The notes beneath the pieces were generated by a model that saw only the letters and a program-made list of their open reading frames with translations, ran no database searches and was not told the origin of the DNA. Positions 35,291 through 48,769 of a stretch of 64,000 nucleotides of DNA are shown one piece after another. Position numbers and translations under genes: made by a program. This DNA comes from Neoechinorhynchus agilis. Its lineage: Eukaryota; Animalia; Acanthocephala. The stretch spans positions 2,592,128 through 2,656,127 of the forward strand of contig CM121341.1 of assembly GCA_051530055.1 (NCBI GenBank). The letters are read 5' to 3'. How positions within the stretch are numbered: the stretch's first letter is position 1; every line of letters begins with the position of its first letter.

Positions 35291-37218
35291 TCTGTCGGCG
35301 AATTCTATTGCTCGAGCGATGTCTTCGAGACTGTATTATTTGGTCATTTATAACAAATGCGCCTCCCATTAATAACACGTTTTATTGATTTTTGTGCTTA
35401 AGAAATTAGACCAATGTACCTTTGGATCCTCAAAAACACGCGGTTATGTTAAATCCTTTGCCACGACCTATAAGTGGTCGTAATGGGAAACATGCGATAA
35501 GCTTTAGACTTAATGCGTGAGAAAGGCTTAATATAAAGGCAATTACACCTGTGAAACTTTCTTTCATTAATTTTTCGTGCTCTTCACAGACCTCGATCGT
35601 AATTTTTCAAATATCTTCACCCTGTAAATTCAAGAAAAGATGCTGAAACAATATTAAAAAGAATAAAAATTCAAACTCTTTTTGTACGCATTTTTTACAA
35701 AATTTAGTTCAAAAACCTCTTTACTAATATTTAATATTTATTAAGAGGCTGCCATTTTCTGAGAATGCCAAATCCGGACCGGGTGCGAATATCCATCCGG
35801 GAGATGTTTGTTTGGGTGGGAATATCCGGTCTCGCGGATATTGTTTGTAGGACAGTTCCGGTTCATTTTAGGTCATGATATCCGTGGAGACGTATGGGAA
35901 AGTGCGAACTGGAGGGAGGATGAAACGAATTCAAAAATTGACATCTACATGTTCAATGTTTTCGTAACCAACTGCTTCCTCGAGTTTCCCCCGGAGGTTG
36001 ATGCCGGTACGGAATTAATGGATATGGACGGAGACGAAGGTGGACAATCCATTCCTGAAGTCCTTCATGAGTCCTTTAGGGACATACAATAAATACTTCA
36101 AAACCATACATCTTCAAATGCTGGAACTTTCGATAAAAAGATAATCATTTTCTATCTCACGACCAATCCAGCCGCGTGATTTTCTTCGGAAGCAATATGT
36201 AGCTCCATGGCGTCGATCTCTCAAAGATGATTACAATCGAATCAAATCGATTTCGTTCTTTGAAGGAGTTAATCAATTCCTTTAAGTGATGTGCACAATT
36301 AAACAATTTGTACAAATTTACTGATTTTGAAGAGGAAATATGAATACGAGGTTAATGCGAAAAGCATAAGTTGCTTTTGCAATCTAAAAGATTGAAGCGT
36401 AAATTTAAATATTTATTTTCATCTACTTTTATCATCATATTTTTAGAAATCGAACTCTCTAACAAAAGCTTAAAGTTTAAGAATATTCAGAAACAAAAGG
36501 GAATTTGTGCAGCGAATAGACTTTTAATTGAATGAAAAGAACCTACTTATTGAGAAGTGTCGTTGTCGATATCTGAAACGCTAATCGAGATAATTATTTA
36601 TGATTTACAAATCTTAACACTTTTAGAATGCACTTTATTTTGTCATAATCTTTATCGATTCAAATATCATATTGCCTAAAGTCACGTTACAAACTACAAT
36701 TAAAGGCATGAGCAAAAATGGATCTTTAGCTTGTCTCCTAGAATTCCAGTTTGGAACCATTGTAAGCCTCTTCGAGCAGTTTGATTTTTTTCTTTGCACT
36801 TTTTTGACTTCGGCCAACTGTTCGCCCCTAAGAGATTCCTATTCAAACTGGATAACGTCCGTTAATAAATCCTTAACTACGCTCATTGCTTTTACTAATG
36901 GACCCTTTAGATTATTAGCAACTCGCTCAAAGCACTCCTTTAGTACAACATCGATCGCCAAAATGTTGAAATGTATTACTATTTCAGTGAATATTCCTTA
37001 AAATAACATTATTATCTAAAATGTTTCTTCTCGTATCTTCTATTTTTGGGCAGAGTCAAAAAACTGTGAATTGAAAAGACACATAGCGATGAAATCAATG
37101 AATAAAGATGAAAGAGTGAAGTAAAGATTTTAAAAACGAATCTTTGCACTCGTTACCCTTCTCTCGATGGATAATTAAAGACAACTATTCATTACCAAAA
37201 TAGACGAATGATCAGTGA

Positions 37219-38061
37219 TCACTTTTTTGAACCTTCGATCTTCTTATGCCCTTCGCCTTCTTTAAGCTGAGCGACATAAGGAGCCTCAAGGACGAGTTTT
37301 CCTCCACTGAAATGCGATGTGAGATGTTCAACATCCGTTCCTGGTGGAAGAGTGACTTGCTTGTAATAGTAAGATCTCGAGAATCCTTGTTTTCCATCCT
37401 CTGACTGTTGTGTAGAATGTTCAGCTTTCACGACCAACTCATTATCTTTAAGAGACACCTGCACGTCATTTGGTTTAAACGAACTCACGTCAACGTTCAT
37501 TTCAATCTTCTTTTTCCCGTCTGGAGTATCCACGACTTTTGGGAAGAAATTGCTGTTAAAGAATTCGTCAAAATCAAAGAGGCCAACTTGTCCATGGCCG
37601 CCGGACGGTTTTACGTCGCGCTCTTCCATTTTCAGAGGAATCTCCACAACAAGAACGCCTCCACCGGTCACGAAACTCGTCATCTGATCGGCGATTGCAT
37701 TCTTTGGAACCTCAAAGGACTTTTGGAACTCACGGGAATCGAAATCTCCAGTTTTATTGCATTTATCATGCCTTCGAGCACTGATAACCAATCGCCCGTT
37801 TATGATTTCCGTCTTCAAATCCTTTTTATCGAATCCCTGGACATTCAGAGTAACTCGAAACTTCTCTGGTCTTGGACGTCTTCGTCCGTGGACATCGAGG
37901 AGAGTTGGAGGCTCATTAATCCAAAAGAGGCTCGGACGCACTGATGGACGAAGGGAAAGATCGTAGTCGTCAAATGGATCGAACAGGTCCAACGCGGGAC
38001 CGAACAGATTGTCAAAGTCGAAGAAGTTGCGGCGGTAGCGCGAGATTGGAAATAGAGACAT
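37219..38061 (-). CDS. Small heat-shock protein with two alpha-crystallin domains, 280 aa, intronless
   Basis: Complete ORF with F/D/P-rich N-terminus (MSLFPISRYRRNFFDFDNLFGPALDLFDPFDD) and two ACDs. Differs from the 1-754 copy at EGEG versus EDEG. Confidence 0.95.
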   Translation of the reverse strand: MSLFPISRYRRNFFDFDNLFGPALDLFDPFDDYDLSLRPSVRPSLFWINEPPTLLDVHGRRRPRPEKFRVTLNVQGFDKKDLKTEIINGRLVISARRHDKCNKTGDFDSREFQKSFEVPKNAIADQMTSFVTGGGVLVVEIPLKMEERDVKPSGGHGQVGLFDFDEFFNSNFFPKVVDTPDGKKKIEMNVDVSSFKPNDVQVSLKDNELVVKAEHSTQQSEDGKQGFSRSYYYKQVTLPPGTDVEHLTSHFSGGKLVLEAPYVAQLKEGEGHKKIEGSKK

Positions 38062-38100
38062 TCTGAAAGTTCGATGGAGAAATCTTTAGTGTTTGTCTCG

Positions 38101-38220
38101 TTTTATACTAAAGCGTTAAATTCTAGTTTCTCTCTAGAAAGAGTCTAGACAAATTCTAGATGTTTCTCCGGCGCGTAAATTGTTTCCTAGAAAGCGTTTA
38201 GAAGGTCTCTAGAAAGCTAC
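38101..38220 (-). promoter_or_regulatory. Heat-shock promoter: TATA box plus clustered HSE-like motifs
   Basis: TATAAAA on the minus strand at 38101-38107, about 40 nt upstream of the ATG. Repeated TTCtaGA(A)-type motifs (ctctagaa, ttctagatgtttc, tcctagaa, tagaaggtctctagaa) at 38121-38220. Confidence 0.78.
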
Positions 38221-39256
38221 GCGATGCGAAAATGGAAACCGTTTCTTTGGTAGTCTCTTAAAATGCTCACTGGTCGGAGATTAAAAGTCAGGTTTTTAGC
38301 GATGCCGAATGTTTGGCTTCTCGTTTAAATCCTGGCAAATAATAAAACTGCAAATTTACACGACGAGAAAAGTTCCTATAGCGAATGCCTAACAGTATTT
38401 TTTTGGAACAGTTTCAACGATTAGACTTGTTCTAAGGTTCATTGAAGAAACTGAAAAAATTTCATAATGAGCCGCAGAATTAAACTTTACGTATTATTCA
38501 AATCGTTTGATGGTTTTAAAATGTTGTGGTGATCAATAAAACCGTTTTCAACATCGTCGTAAAGTGCCCTTTTTACTGGGAATTTCTTGCAAACCAAGGG
38601 AATACTTGAGGCTCACCAATTTCGCGCGAGATAGTTTTTAACTTTTTGGTCGCGGAAACTTCAAGGCATCTTAAGCAATCATTTAGGCGATCAAATAATA
38701 TAAAAATACATATTAACTTTAATCGAATCTCTCTTTAAGATTTTTTATCAATGCAACTTTGGGTGCGAATTTTCGTCGATCAATATTTTCGACTAAGCAA
38801 AAAGGACGGTAAGATGAGGAACATTGCAATTGGTTGTACGTTATGCCGATTAGCTTCCAAGATTGCCTGCAAAATCACATCTCTTTTGGCGGTGTGTTCA
38901 GCAGGGTGATCCACTCGGTCCTTTACTGTTCAAATTGACTATCAATGAGCTAAGCAGCAGCCTTTAGTTGTCCCTCAAAGGACTAATCAATGCTCTTGGC
39001 AAAAACCTAAAGCTCGTTCGTGAACAACGTGTCTCACTGGGATTGCTTCTGAGGTACAAAAAATGCGATATTATCGCAAAAGACGTTCCTAAAATACATT
39101 ATCACTTTGATTTTATCCCAGAAGTAAAAATATATGACTTGTTCTCTGTAAATCTACTCAGTCAACCTCATTCATTTTATCAAGTTGACAAATCTCTTCT
39201 CCAAAAAATGTTTATTTCCCAAAAATCGAGAACCAAATTATGAAAGCGATATCATC

Positions 39257-40084
39257 TTAAGCTAACCGCAGCTCTGCTACGCTGCTGAACAAGGGATCCG
39301 TGAATTTGATAGTAGATTTGAAAACGAAATCAACGTTATGAACTGCGTCAATCTGCAAACGAAAACGATATTCTAAATTCAGCGACGATAAGCAGTAAAA
39401 GCGAAGTATACCTTTCGAACCACTTTCTTTTGCTCGTAGTGGTTCAAAACCGGCATTGTCTGTTGATGAAAAACAGTAAGTCGTTTCTGAATCGTTTCCA
39501 TATTATCATCTACTCTATTGCTCGTCTTCGCTCTTCCCAATAAGCGTTCAATCATTACCTTATCGGGAACTTCAAATGAAATGAGCAATGTTGGTTCTCC
39601 AATCTAACAAAAAAATAAAATAATAAATATTCTGAGAAAAAAGATCTCACATGTTTCTCCAGTTCAATCGCTTGATCGAGTTCTCTTGGATATCCATCGA
39701 GCAAAAATCCATTATAATTCCCCGCTTCTGAAACCATCTTCTTCAATATCATGTTTAGCACGGTTTTCTAAGCAAAAGCCTCAACTTTTTCACTTTAGAA
39801 ACATGCAAACACTTACCATTGGAACTAGTTTTCCCTCTGCCATAATCTTAGACAGTTCCTTGCCAAGATCGGAACTGGATTGGATCTCTTCACGTAATAA
39901 ATCGCCGGACGAGATATGAAGGGCGTTATAGCGTTCAGCCAGTTTCGCACATTGCGTGCCTTTTCCGCTTCCTGGCCCACCGAAAAGAATAAGAACTGGT
40001 TTATTCTTTAACGCGGATCGAATGTCTGTAACAATTCATATTGTTAAACACATATAGAAATCAGAAAGCACCTTTAGTATCCAT
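39257..40084 (-). CDS. Adenylate kinase, second intact copy
   Basis: Direct repeat of 2208-3798 at offset +36588. Splice sites are retained (one cag to tag acceptor change), and the one coding difference I noticed (ctg/ctc) is synonymous. Confidence 0.92.
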
Positions 40085-40589
40085 CAGTTTACCGTGGAAT
40101 CTGAAAACGCCGGGAGTTTCTAGGAAAAGAACGGAACGATTTTCTCGTTGCGCTCCAGTTATGACTATTAACGACTATGACAAAATGTGATTCTCTGCTG
40201 TTTTTACGCTGTGAGAGTGCTATTTTTGGCGAGATGGTCTTATGCACGTAGAAAGTAGGAAACGCATTGTAAGTACGGAGAAAAATAATAATTTCAAACC
40301 GCAAAGTAGGAAACGCATTATAAGTACGGAGAAAAAATAATAATTTCAAACCGCTTATTAGAACAGGAGATTAAAATTCACAAGAAAAAAGACGAGTTTT
40401 CGAACTTTAATTTTTTGCCATTATTAAATGCTCAAAGATTGAGAAAGAGGTAGGATCTCCGACGGACAATAAATCATCCGAAAATCTGCCTCTCTTAAAT
40501 TAAGTGCATATTGATCGTCGAGTTGTAGTAATAAAATATGGAATATTAACACGGTAAAATTTTAATACAATCTTAGCAGACTTTATTAA

Positions 40590-40790
40590 CTTATATTATT
40601 CTCAATTGTCCTTCACCGTCCCCAAGACACTCGCTGCGTTTCCTCGCTGGATAGCCAAGGATATGTTCTGCACTAGGAACGAGCGAGCCCTCCTGTCATT
40701 GGTCAAGTTGATCAGTCGATGCCCCAGTTCGAGAACAAAACTCCTCGCCGCACGTCCGAAAGCTGGGTTCGCAATAAAATTAAGGAGGTC
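40590..40790 (-). mobile_element. CRE-clade retrotransposon C-terminal fragment
   Basis: Minus-strand translation FGRAARSFVLELGHRLINLTNDRRARSFLVQNISLAIQRGNAASVLGT. Confidence 0.75.
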
Positions 40791-40892
40791 GCCATTATTT
40801 ATGGAAGTTGATGGCGCTTGAAGATCTGGTTTAAAGGAAGAACAAGAAAATAGTTATGAGAATGCAGATGATAGAAATTTATTATTTTTGTT

Positions 40893-42061
40893 GTAGGTCG
40901 TTTAGTAGGCACCATTCACATCGTGGCTTTAAATAAAAATCTAAAAAATTCGGATGCGTTATGTCCATTCGAAGAATCTATCTTAATTTTTATCCTCTAA
41001 TTTTTCAAGGCCTCATACACTTGTTGGTCAGTGACATATTCTTTATTCCTTTTTGAGCCTTTCGGTTGCACACAACGGAGGCGCTTAGCCGCACTCGAAG
41101 GAACAGGGCCAACCCCCCTTGGGGCCGATGGGCGATCTCAAAACCTGACTCCACCCCTTCCAGCAGCCTCGCACAACCGTGGAACCCAGCGACCGGTGGT
41201 GTTCAACCAGCGACATATCAAGCGCATTATGAACGCGCACACCAAACGGCCACTGGGCCCTCGTAGGTCGTTTAGTAGGCACCATTCACATCGTGGCTTT
41301 AGTTAAAAATCTAAAAAATTCGGATGCGTTATGTCCATTCGAAGAATCTATCTTAATTTTTATCCTCTAATTTTTCAAGGCCTCATACACTTGTTGGTCA
41401 GTGACATCTTCTTTATTCCTTTTTGAGCCTTTCGGTTGCACACAACGGAGGCGCTTAGCCGCACTCGAAGGAACAGGGCTAACCCCCCCTGGGGCCGATG
41501 GGCGATCTCAAAACCTGACTCCACCCCTTCCAGCAGCCTCGCAAAACCGTGGAACCCAGCGACCGGTGGTGTTCAACCAGCGACATATCAAGCGCATTAT
41601 GAACGCGCACACCAAACGGCCACTGGGCCCTCGTAGGTCGTTTAGTAGGCACCATTCACATCGTGGCTTTATTAAAAATCTAAAAAATTCGGATGCGTTA
41701 TGTCCATTCGAAGATCTATCTTAATTTACATCCTCCAATTTTTCAAGGCCTCATACACTTGTTGGTCAGTGACATCTTCTTTATTCCTTTTTGAGCCTTT
41801 CGGTTGCACACAACGGAGGCGCTTAGCCGCACTCGAAGGAACAGGGCCAACCCCCCTTGGGGCCGATGGGCGATCTCAAAACCTGACTCCACCCCTTCCA
41901 GCAGCCTCGCACAACCGTGGAACCCAGCGACCGGTGGTGTTCAACCAGCGACATATCAAGCGCATTATGAACGCGCACACCAAACGGCCACTGGGCCCTC
42001 GTAGGTCGTTTAGTAGGCACCATTCACATCGTGGCTTTAATTAAAAATCTAAAAAATTCGG
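40893..42061 (-). repeat. ~370-bp tandem array (3 units plus a partial), inverted partner of 32320-34231
   Basis: The reverse-complement marker ends at about 40952, 41322, 41691 and 42061. Confidence 0.95.
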
Positions 42062-45000
42062 TGTTGTTTGCAAACATTGAAAAATTTAAAATTACTAAGG
42101 ACATTTAAGTGCAAGAAGCAAGATTTATCAAACTACCTGCCACCTCCGGCATCAATCAGGCAGTCAAAGTATTTTACATTATGTTGTAATCCCAAATTAA
42201 CTTATCATCCGTTATTATTCCTACGATGGTCTCGCCAATCGCAAAAGCTGACGCTGTTTTTGGTTTGTCGTTGAGCGATGTCGGAACATTTTGTTAAGCT
42301 GCAAAACTTGAACTAAGAAGCCGGTCGATGCGGCCTCTCATTGTATGTCTTTTAGCTCAAAAGCACTCCGCTAGTGCTAAATCAATAATCTAAGTATTGC
42401 GTTCAATTCGCGAATCGCAGAAACATCAATTTTTTGTATAGAATTCAAATCAATTTGGCAAAGCCAATGCCATGATAAGTGAGGCGACAAACTCAGAAGA
42501 TCGATCTTTTCAACATTGAAATTACTTTCTAAAAGTACCCTGAATAATCATTTAGGTCCCGAAGAAACAAAGCCACTTAGAGCATCGTATAAAGAAACTC
42601 CAGTGCTCTACATTAAGAACCCGACGACGAGTTCAGGAGAACTGGAAACGCCCAAGATGCAGTGTAACAGAATCCTTTTATTCGAGAGGCGAATTGTGTG
42701 TATAATCGAATTGCTCAATTAAAAATGCTGCCTGGCGTTCTTGTTCAATTCGTTTTCTGTGAAAATGTAATGACACTTAATTCTTCGATTGGTATGCTCT
42801 CAATTCCGCAGCAACTTATAACTGACTGTATTTCGTAACTATTAAATTTCTTCACACACTCGAAATCGCGTCTCTATCCGATATAAAAGTTCGGCACGAT
42901 TTTAGTTATTTTGGGTGTGCTGGATTTTGACGGCGTTACCAGTTGGAATTCATATCCTGGACGAACTAAAAAGAATACAATTACTTGTGGCACCACAATG
43001 TAAAGTCAAACAAATGAGTCTCTTCAGAAAACGCACAAAACCAAGCTCTTTGGTAACCTGTGAAATATTCTGACTCAAATTTACAAGTATTGGATTATTT
43101 AATTTGATATGAAAAATATACTCGTTGTCACTGTTTGGCTTAGCGTTTGCTCCCTTACCTTCCTTGGTCCCGCAAAGCTAAATTATTTGTTTTTCCATGT
43201 CTTTTTAAACCTCTATAATGAATGGGTTTTGGATTGCACAATGTCCTACAGTTTTGATCTTGGACAGAATTAGACAGCAATGCGAGGAAAAAGAATAACG
43301 GTGACTTTTAGTATTCTGTCCCAGGTTTAAAAAGACTTGGAAAAACGGCCCCAGTCAAACGAAATGGTGGCAATTTAGCGCAAAGGAGTTTAGGAAACGT
43401 GAAGGGAAGCAAATCATCCATTCCGAAACTTGCAAGTCTCTGGAATGCACCAAGGCCGGAAAATGCTCTATTGACTGTGATCTCTTGCTCTGCGCTGATA
43501 TGGTTAACAAGAAGATTCACGAAAAGAAGAGACATCTTTCTTGAAAACAAAACGCCGACAAATTTACAGAAATATTGGATTGCGAAGAAGGAAGCCGTTT
43601 GGGCCGCTCGGGAGATCCACTATGCAGAAGTTTCAACATCGGAGGTGATAATCGTGAGCTTTTTCCGCTAGTCAAACCCCGACAGCAACAGACGCAAGAT
43701 ATTGTCGAGCTCAATCTTTATACGATTAGTAGGGGCTCCTGATGATGTAGGAACGGAACTCTGGAAAGCAAAAATCTGGAATCCATTACGGAGGTTGGCC
43801 ACATTGTTTAATAAGATTGCTAATGAACAGATGACAACGGCCGGAATTCCAGGTTTCCGTTTTTTAAATGGACATTTGGGCGGGCTGTTATACTGATAAC
43901 GAAAAAAATCTTTATTTCCGAGCTTTCGCCAACGTGTGACCGAACACGTTCGGAACACATTAAATCCGGACCAAAATTGTAGCCACACAGAAGGCAAATT
44001 ACTAGCCAGAGTGCAACAACGACGAAGTAATATTCTTCACGCGAATTAAATTTGTGGCCACGGACCGGGTGGAATTATCGCCGATGCATTAATATCCTGG
44101 AAGGGAATTATGTTTCCGTCGACAATGCGAAAGTGAGTTCTAAAACATAAGCTCGACAAAGCCCCAGAACTGCTGAACGGACAGGACGAACTTTGCGCAT
44201 CGATGCCGCTTGTTGAACACACTTCACATTGTTGATTCCTGAGGAAGCCGTAAGACGGCGAAAGCTCGCAAGTAAAGATTTTCTTTATTATTACAATAGG
44301 CCGTAAAGTGTTCATTTAAAAAGAAAACTTAATCAATAATGCGGCTGGAAATCAAGTAGTATTTTACAAGATTGGGCACAAAAATTTCGTGAGCTCCTCT
44401 GCACAAAATATGCATCAAGGAGCCTCCTTGCCTTCAAAAACAAAATCCACCCACTTTGAATATCGCTGGCATATGCGTAGGACGTTATCAAATATCGATT
44501 ATTTTGATCTGGTGAATGAACCTTTATTGGAAAAGATTCAGAGGGATTACGCACTCGAAGATACAGCCACATCAACTGTTGCCGAGTAGAGGATCGCAAA
44601 GGCCGTACTTTCATTGTTTTAGTACAAACATTTTTATAGATTAAAAGTTATGTTCTTCTTTTAATGGCTTTAAAGTCATTTTGATCTAATCTTTGTAGCG
44701 GCTTCAGCATAAAGAAAGTTACTGTCCTCGACAGATCATTATGGCAGACTGATGAATATTAAAGTATTTCAGAAAACAAGTCTTTACCTATCTTAACAAT
44801 AAAGATGAAAAATGTATTAAATTTGCTGTCGAACTACTTTTCATTGGATTGGCAAGTAGATATTGACAATTATTTTTACAAAAAACCTTCATTGCTAAAA
44901 TCTTCTTTTTTTAATTTTCAGCATATAATTCTTATTTTTTATCGGACGTCTAACTGTACCGTTGTGAAGATAAAACGAAACTTTGAGTTTGGACGAGAAA

Positions 45001-45180
45001 GGAAAAGTGAGAAATGGACGCAACTGCGACACAACAAAACTCGGAAACGACCGGCATCCACTCTCAGAACCTACAATCATCTTATCATCCTCTGGCGATG
45101 ACTTTACAGAATAGAGCAAACGATTTTAAGAACGGCAACAAACTGATTAGATCGCGATTGTTCTTATATTGGCGGACACC

Positions 45181-45725
45181 GATTTTAAATGGAATATAAA
45201 CGCATAGAAGAGCATCTTCCATTAATTGAATACCAATCATTTTATTCTGGCATCTTCATCAAGCAGCCGAATCCCCACATCAAGTTACTGATCATTAGGT
45301 AAAACCTACAAAAAGCTGCGTAATCATTTAAAAGGTTGGGTACCTTCAAACGAATTGACCAATCATTAGTAGAGGCAATGATGATCGGTCCCTCTGTCAA
45401 TAGCCTCTTTTTCCTAAACGAACACTAAGCTGGACGACGGTTCCTAGTCGATACCGGTGCCGAAGTCAGCGTCCTTCCAGCCACAACACTCGATAAAACG
45501 ACCAAACACTCTGGCAGAGCACTTACAGCTGCAAACGGTTCAACAATCCCAACATTCGGCAACAAGCTATTGCAGTTGAATTTCGGTAAAACTCAGACGG
45601 AATGGATGTTCACTGTTGCCGCGGTTAAACATCCTATCCTAGGCGCTGATTTCCTTCGACACTCAGGTTTACTGGTCGACGTAAGGAATAAGCAGCTGGT
45701 TAATGCAGAAACTTTCGCAGCGATA
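45181..45725 (+). mobile_element. Ty3/Gypsy gag-protease fragment, duplicate of 48770-49314
   Basis: RRFLVDTGAEVSVLP aspartic protease motif and PILGADFLRH; no differences seen from the second copy. Confidence 0.85.
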
Positions 45726-47350
45726 AGAGGGTATCCCTGATCAGGAATAAAGTTTCGCGTGACGAAAGTTCCCGGACTCTATCGCACCGCATCGTGATGT
45801 TCGGGAGTAGATGGTAGATTTAATTTTCCACATTAGAATCAAAAACGCAGCTCCCTAGAAGACTCAGCCGGTCAAGAGTGATCAATTCTATGCCGGGTGC
45901 CAACTTTTGAAAAACTCGTCTTCGATGTTCATTACCAACAATTCACATTTCCCCTGCACTAAGCTCGACGCCCAATCTGGCAGTCTCCCTCACGAGTGTC
46001 TCCAGATCGCGTAGTACTATGGAGGGATCACTTCCGAGCGTAGCGTCATCCAAGTACCAAGCGTTAAAGCTGGACTCAAGAGAGTGTTCTATTGGATTCA
46101 CTGCAAGGGGGAAATCGATTGGACCGAGAGGGTCTCCCTGATGTACTCCTCTTTTGGACCAAATGAAGCGGTCGTTGAACAGCAAAGGAGTCTCTGTCGC
46201 GTATGCGTTGAGAAAATCGGGATAAGCTTCTAGTGCGCGACTTTGGAGTGCCTCAAACAGAGCGGTACGGTGAATGAAATTGAAGGCATTTGTAAAGTCG
46301 TACTTCAAAATCACACGCGGCGTTGAACTGTTTGTGATGAAGTGGCGGAGCGCGTGGACAATGGCTTCGGACCCGCGGGGTGTGCAGCATCCCAGTTGAA
46401 CTGGGCGAAGTTGCTGCCCTATCCCTTCTGCAATACGCTTGCAAAGGATTTTACCCGCGAGCCGACGTAGAGCAGAGCCAACGGCGATGGGACGAATCCC
46501 ACCAGTCTTTTTGTTCAAAGCGCACAAAGATGCGTCAAAAAATAACTCAATTGTCCGCGGATGAAAATTTGCTTTGGTGAAAAGGTCGACCAGGCGACAA
46601 AGATTGGTAACAAGCGAGTGGTCTGCATCTCCAACTGAGAACGACATCATATCTTTTAGTTGCTGAGAACGAAGCCCATCGAGGCCATGGCCAGAGCCAT
46701 TGGCGTAGGAGGATATGGCCATTCTCAGTTCAACTGTCGAAGTGGAGTGTCTTTGAGGAACGGAACATGCAGAAATTTCTGTTTGGGTTGAAATTTGCGG
46801 CTACTTCAACTTTAGACCCTGAAGTGTGGAGGGCGGACAAAATACGGACAACTTGCCGAACATCTCCATCGGCGAGTTTTGAAGATAAGCGCTCGGCAAG
46901 CGGTCTCGTAGATGTTCGATGGCAGTTAATCTCATTCGCACGTTGTTTGGGATCCTCCTTTGCTAAACGACGAGTGCTCGAGAAACTTTCCTCAAAGAAA
47001 ACGAGGTGTCTTTTGATTACCGCAGCGAGGGACTTCTCCGAACTATCGCCAGCGGAAGGTATAAGCCTAGGGAAAGCAAAGAGCCGTGTCCAAAAGGACT
47101 GAACTTTGCTTGACGCAGTCCAGCAGAAGTGTGGTGAATTCGTTTAACTACTAGATGTCGTGCGCGCTTTGGGATCCGTTTAAGAATGTTTTGGGAAAAT
47201 CGCCCACGAGATCATGAGCGGAAGGTAGACTGTCGGCGTCAGCGAACGCGGGATTTGACCAGATCCCCTACAACGTGATTTGACGGGCCCATGAATGCGC
47301 AAAACCCTGGATTTCGTGATTGAAAAAGAGTCGAGGCCTGGTGTCCCGGT
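45726..47350 (-). mobile_element. CRE-clade non-LTR retrotransposon RT region (second family), 3'-truncated
   Basis: SYANGSGHGLDG, KKTGGIRPIAVG, QLGC, KYDFTNAFN, GVHQGDPLGP, AWYLDDATLG. Confidence 0.92.
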
Positions 47351-47519
47351 ATCGTCGGGCGTTTCCTCGGTGTTTCCACTTGGCTCGTTTTGGGCGAGCA
47401 AGTTTTCATCTTCACATTGCAGTCTAGCATCCAGGTTTCGAGCGAAGCGTGGGAACGACATCGGTGTCGTCGGTGGGGCTTTTGGCCCAAATTTTCTGCA
47501 ACGGATGCCCCACTTTGCA

Positions 47520-47870
47520 TTTATGACACGCTCCTACGTAACCTCGACAGTAATCCCTCCCACGTAACCCGTCTCATTGAACTCGATCTATCAAAAGCAT
47601 ACGACTCCTTGGGCCATTCACTGCTTCTCCGAGCCTGCTTCGAATTTGGTCTAAACTTGTGACAGATTCATTGGCTGGCCTCTTATCTTCACAGTCGCCA
47701 GCAAAACATTCACAGCTGGGCAACCTCCTCAATCAGAATATCTCTCACCAAAGGCTTACCTCAAGGTGCTGTCATCACTTCTTTTTAATATTTTCCTAAA
47801 TGACCTCAGACCTCCCTTGTCTCACTTTAAACTTTTCTTATATGCCGACCACCAGCCCACTTCTCCCTAT
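47520..47870 (+). mobile_element. APE-type LINE (CR1/L2/Jockey-like) RT fragment
   Basis: LDLSKAYDSLGHSLLL, WLASYL..RQQ, GLPQGAV, LFNIFLNDL, LYAD. Confidence 0.8.
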
Positions 47871-47999
47871 ATTTAACATCTTACAAAATCATCCACCGTC
47901 TCATTCAACTCGAAAACTTGGTCAAAAGATCAGAGATCCGACACGTCTTAATCTGTTTAAAAAACTGGATAAATTGTTTTTTCGCAACGTGAATTTTAT

Positions 48000-48220
48000 G
48001 CCAACTAATAATAAAGCACAAAACGTGCAAGCTCCACCGTCCGCAAATTTAGCTTCTCTCCTTCCTCGGCTGTCGCTATCACCCTAGCAGCATTGCCTCG
48101 TTGTACTGGAATACACCTGCTCGTGCGTCGCCGGTCGCTTTTCTCAATTTCCTCGAGAGATCCTCGAGCAGAGTGCCGAGGTGCCAAGTGCTCCATGCGT
48201 CTCTGCTCCGAAGGGGACAA
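48000..48220 (-). mobile_element. CRE 3' end fragment, same family as 19-20 kb
   Basis: QRGNAARVIATAEEGEKL and a 3' UTR shared with about 19940-20000. Confidence 0.8.
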
Positions 48221-48769
48221 AATCTAAATGATATAACAAAATTTCACAAAGAAATAACCAAGATTAGAAGTCGCGTTGTAGGAAGACGGAAACTTGTCCC
48301 ACTAATTTCTACGAGAAACTCTTTGAATCTAACCCAGATCGATGCCACAAATGAAGTTTCAACGAGGACGTCACCATCAAACTTTTCAGCGACCGAGAAT
48401 CGGAACTAGACTGGTTGTCATATCTAATTTGTTAGCATAACTCAGGTATTGTTAAGGAAAAATGGGACACAAAGACAATTTCATCATCTATTCAGATACT
48501 GGGATCCGATCATCTTGCTTTGAACAAAGTATACTCAAACGTAGCATTAAAATGGTTCAATGGATGGTTTGCGAATCGCAATCATGTGTTACCAAAGAAT
48601 TTTAGTCGCATTTTCATTTAAGCTTTTAAGGGCTCATGATATCGATATTCAAAGGCTTTTATTGCGAGGCGGACATCTTATTCTACGGATATCTTGGGTG
48701 TTGTGGCTTTTTAGTAAGAATTTCTAGTGCCTGGTATGCGAATAACGTTTGAGCGGACGATTATTGACC

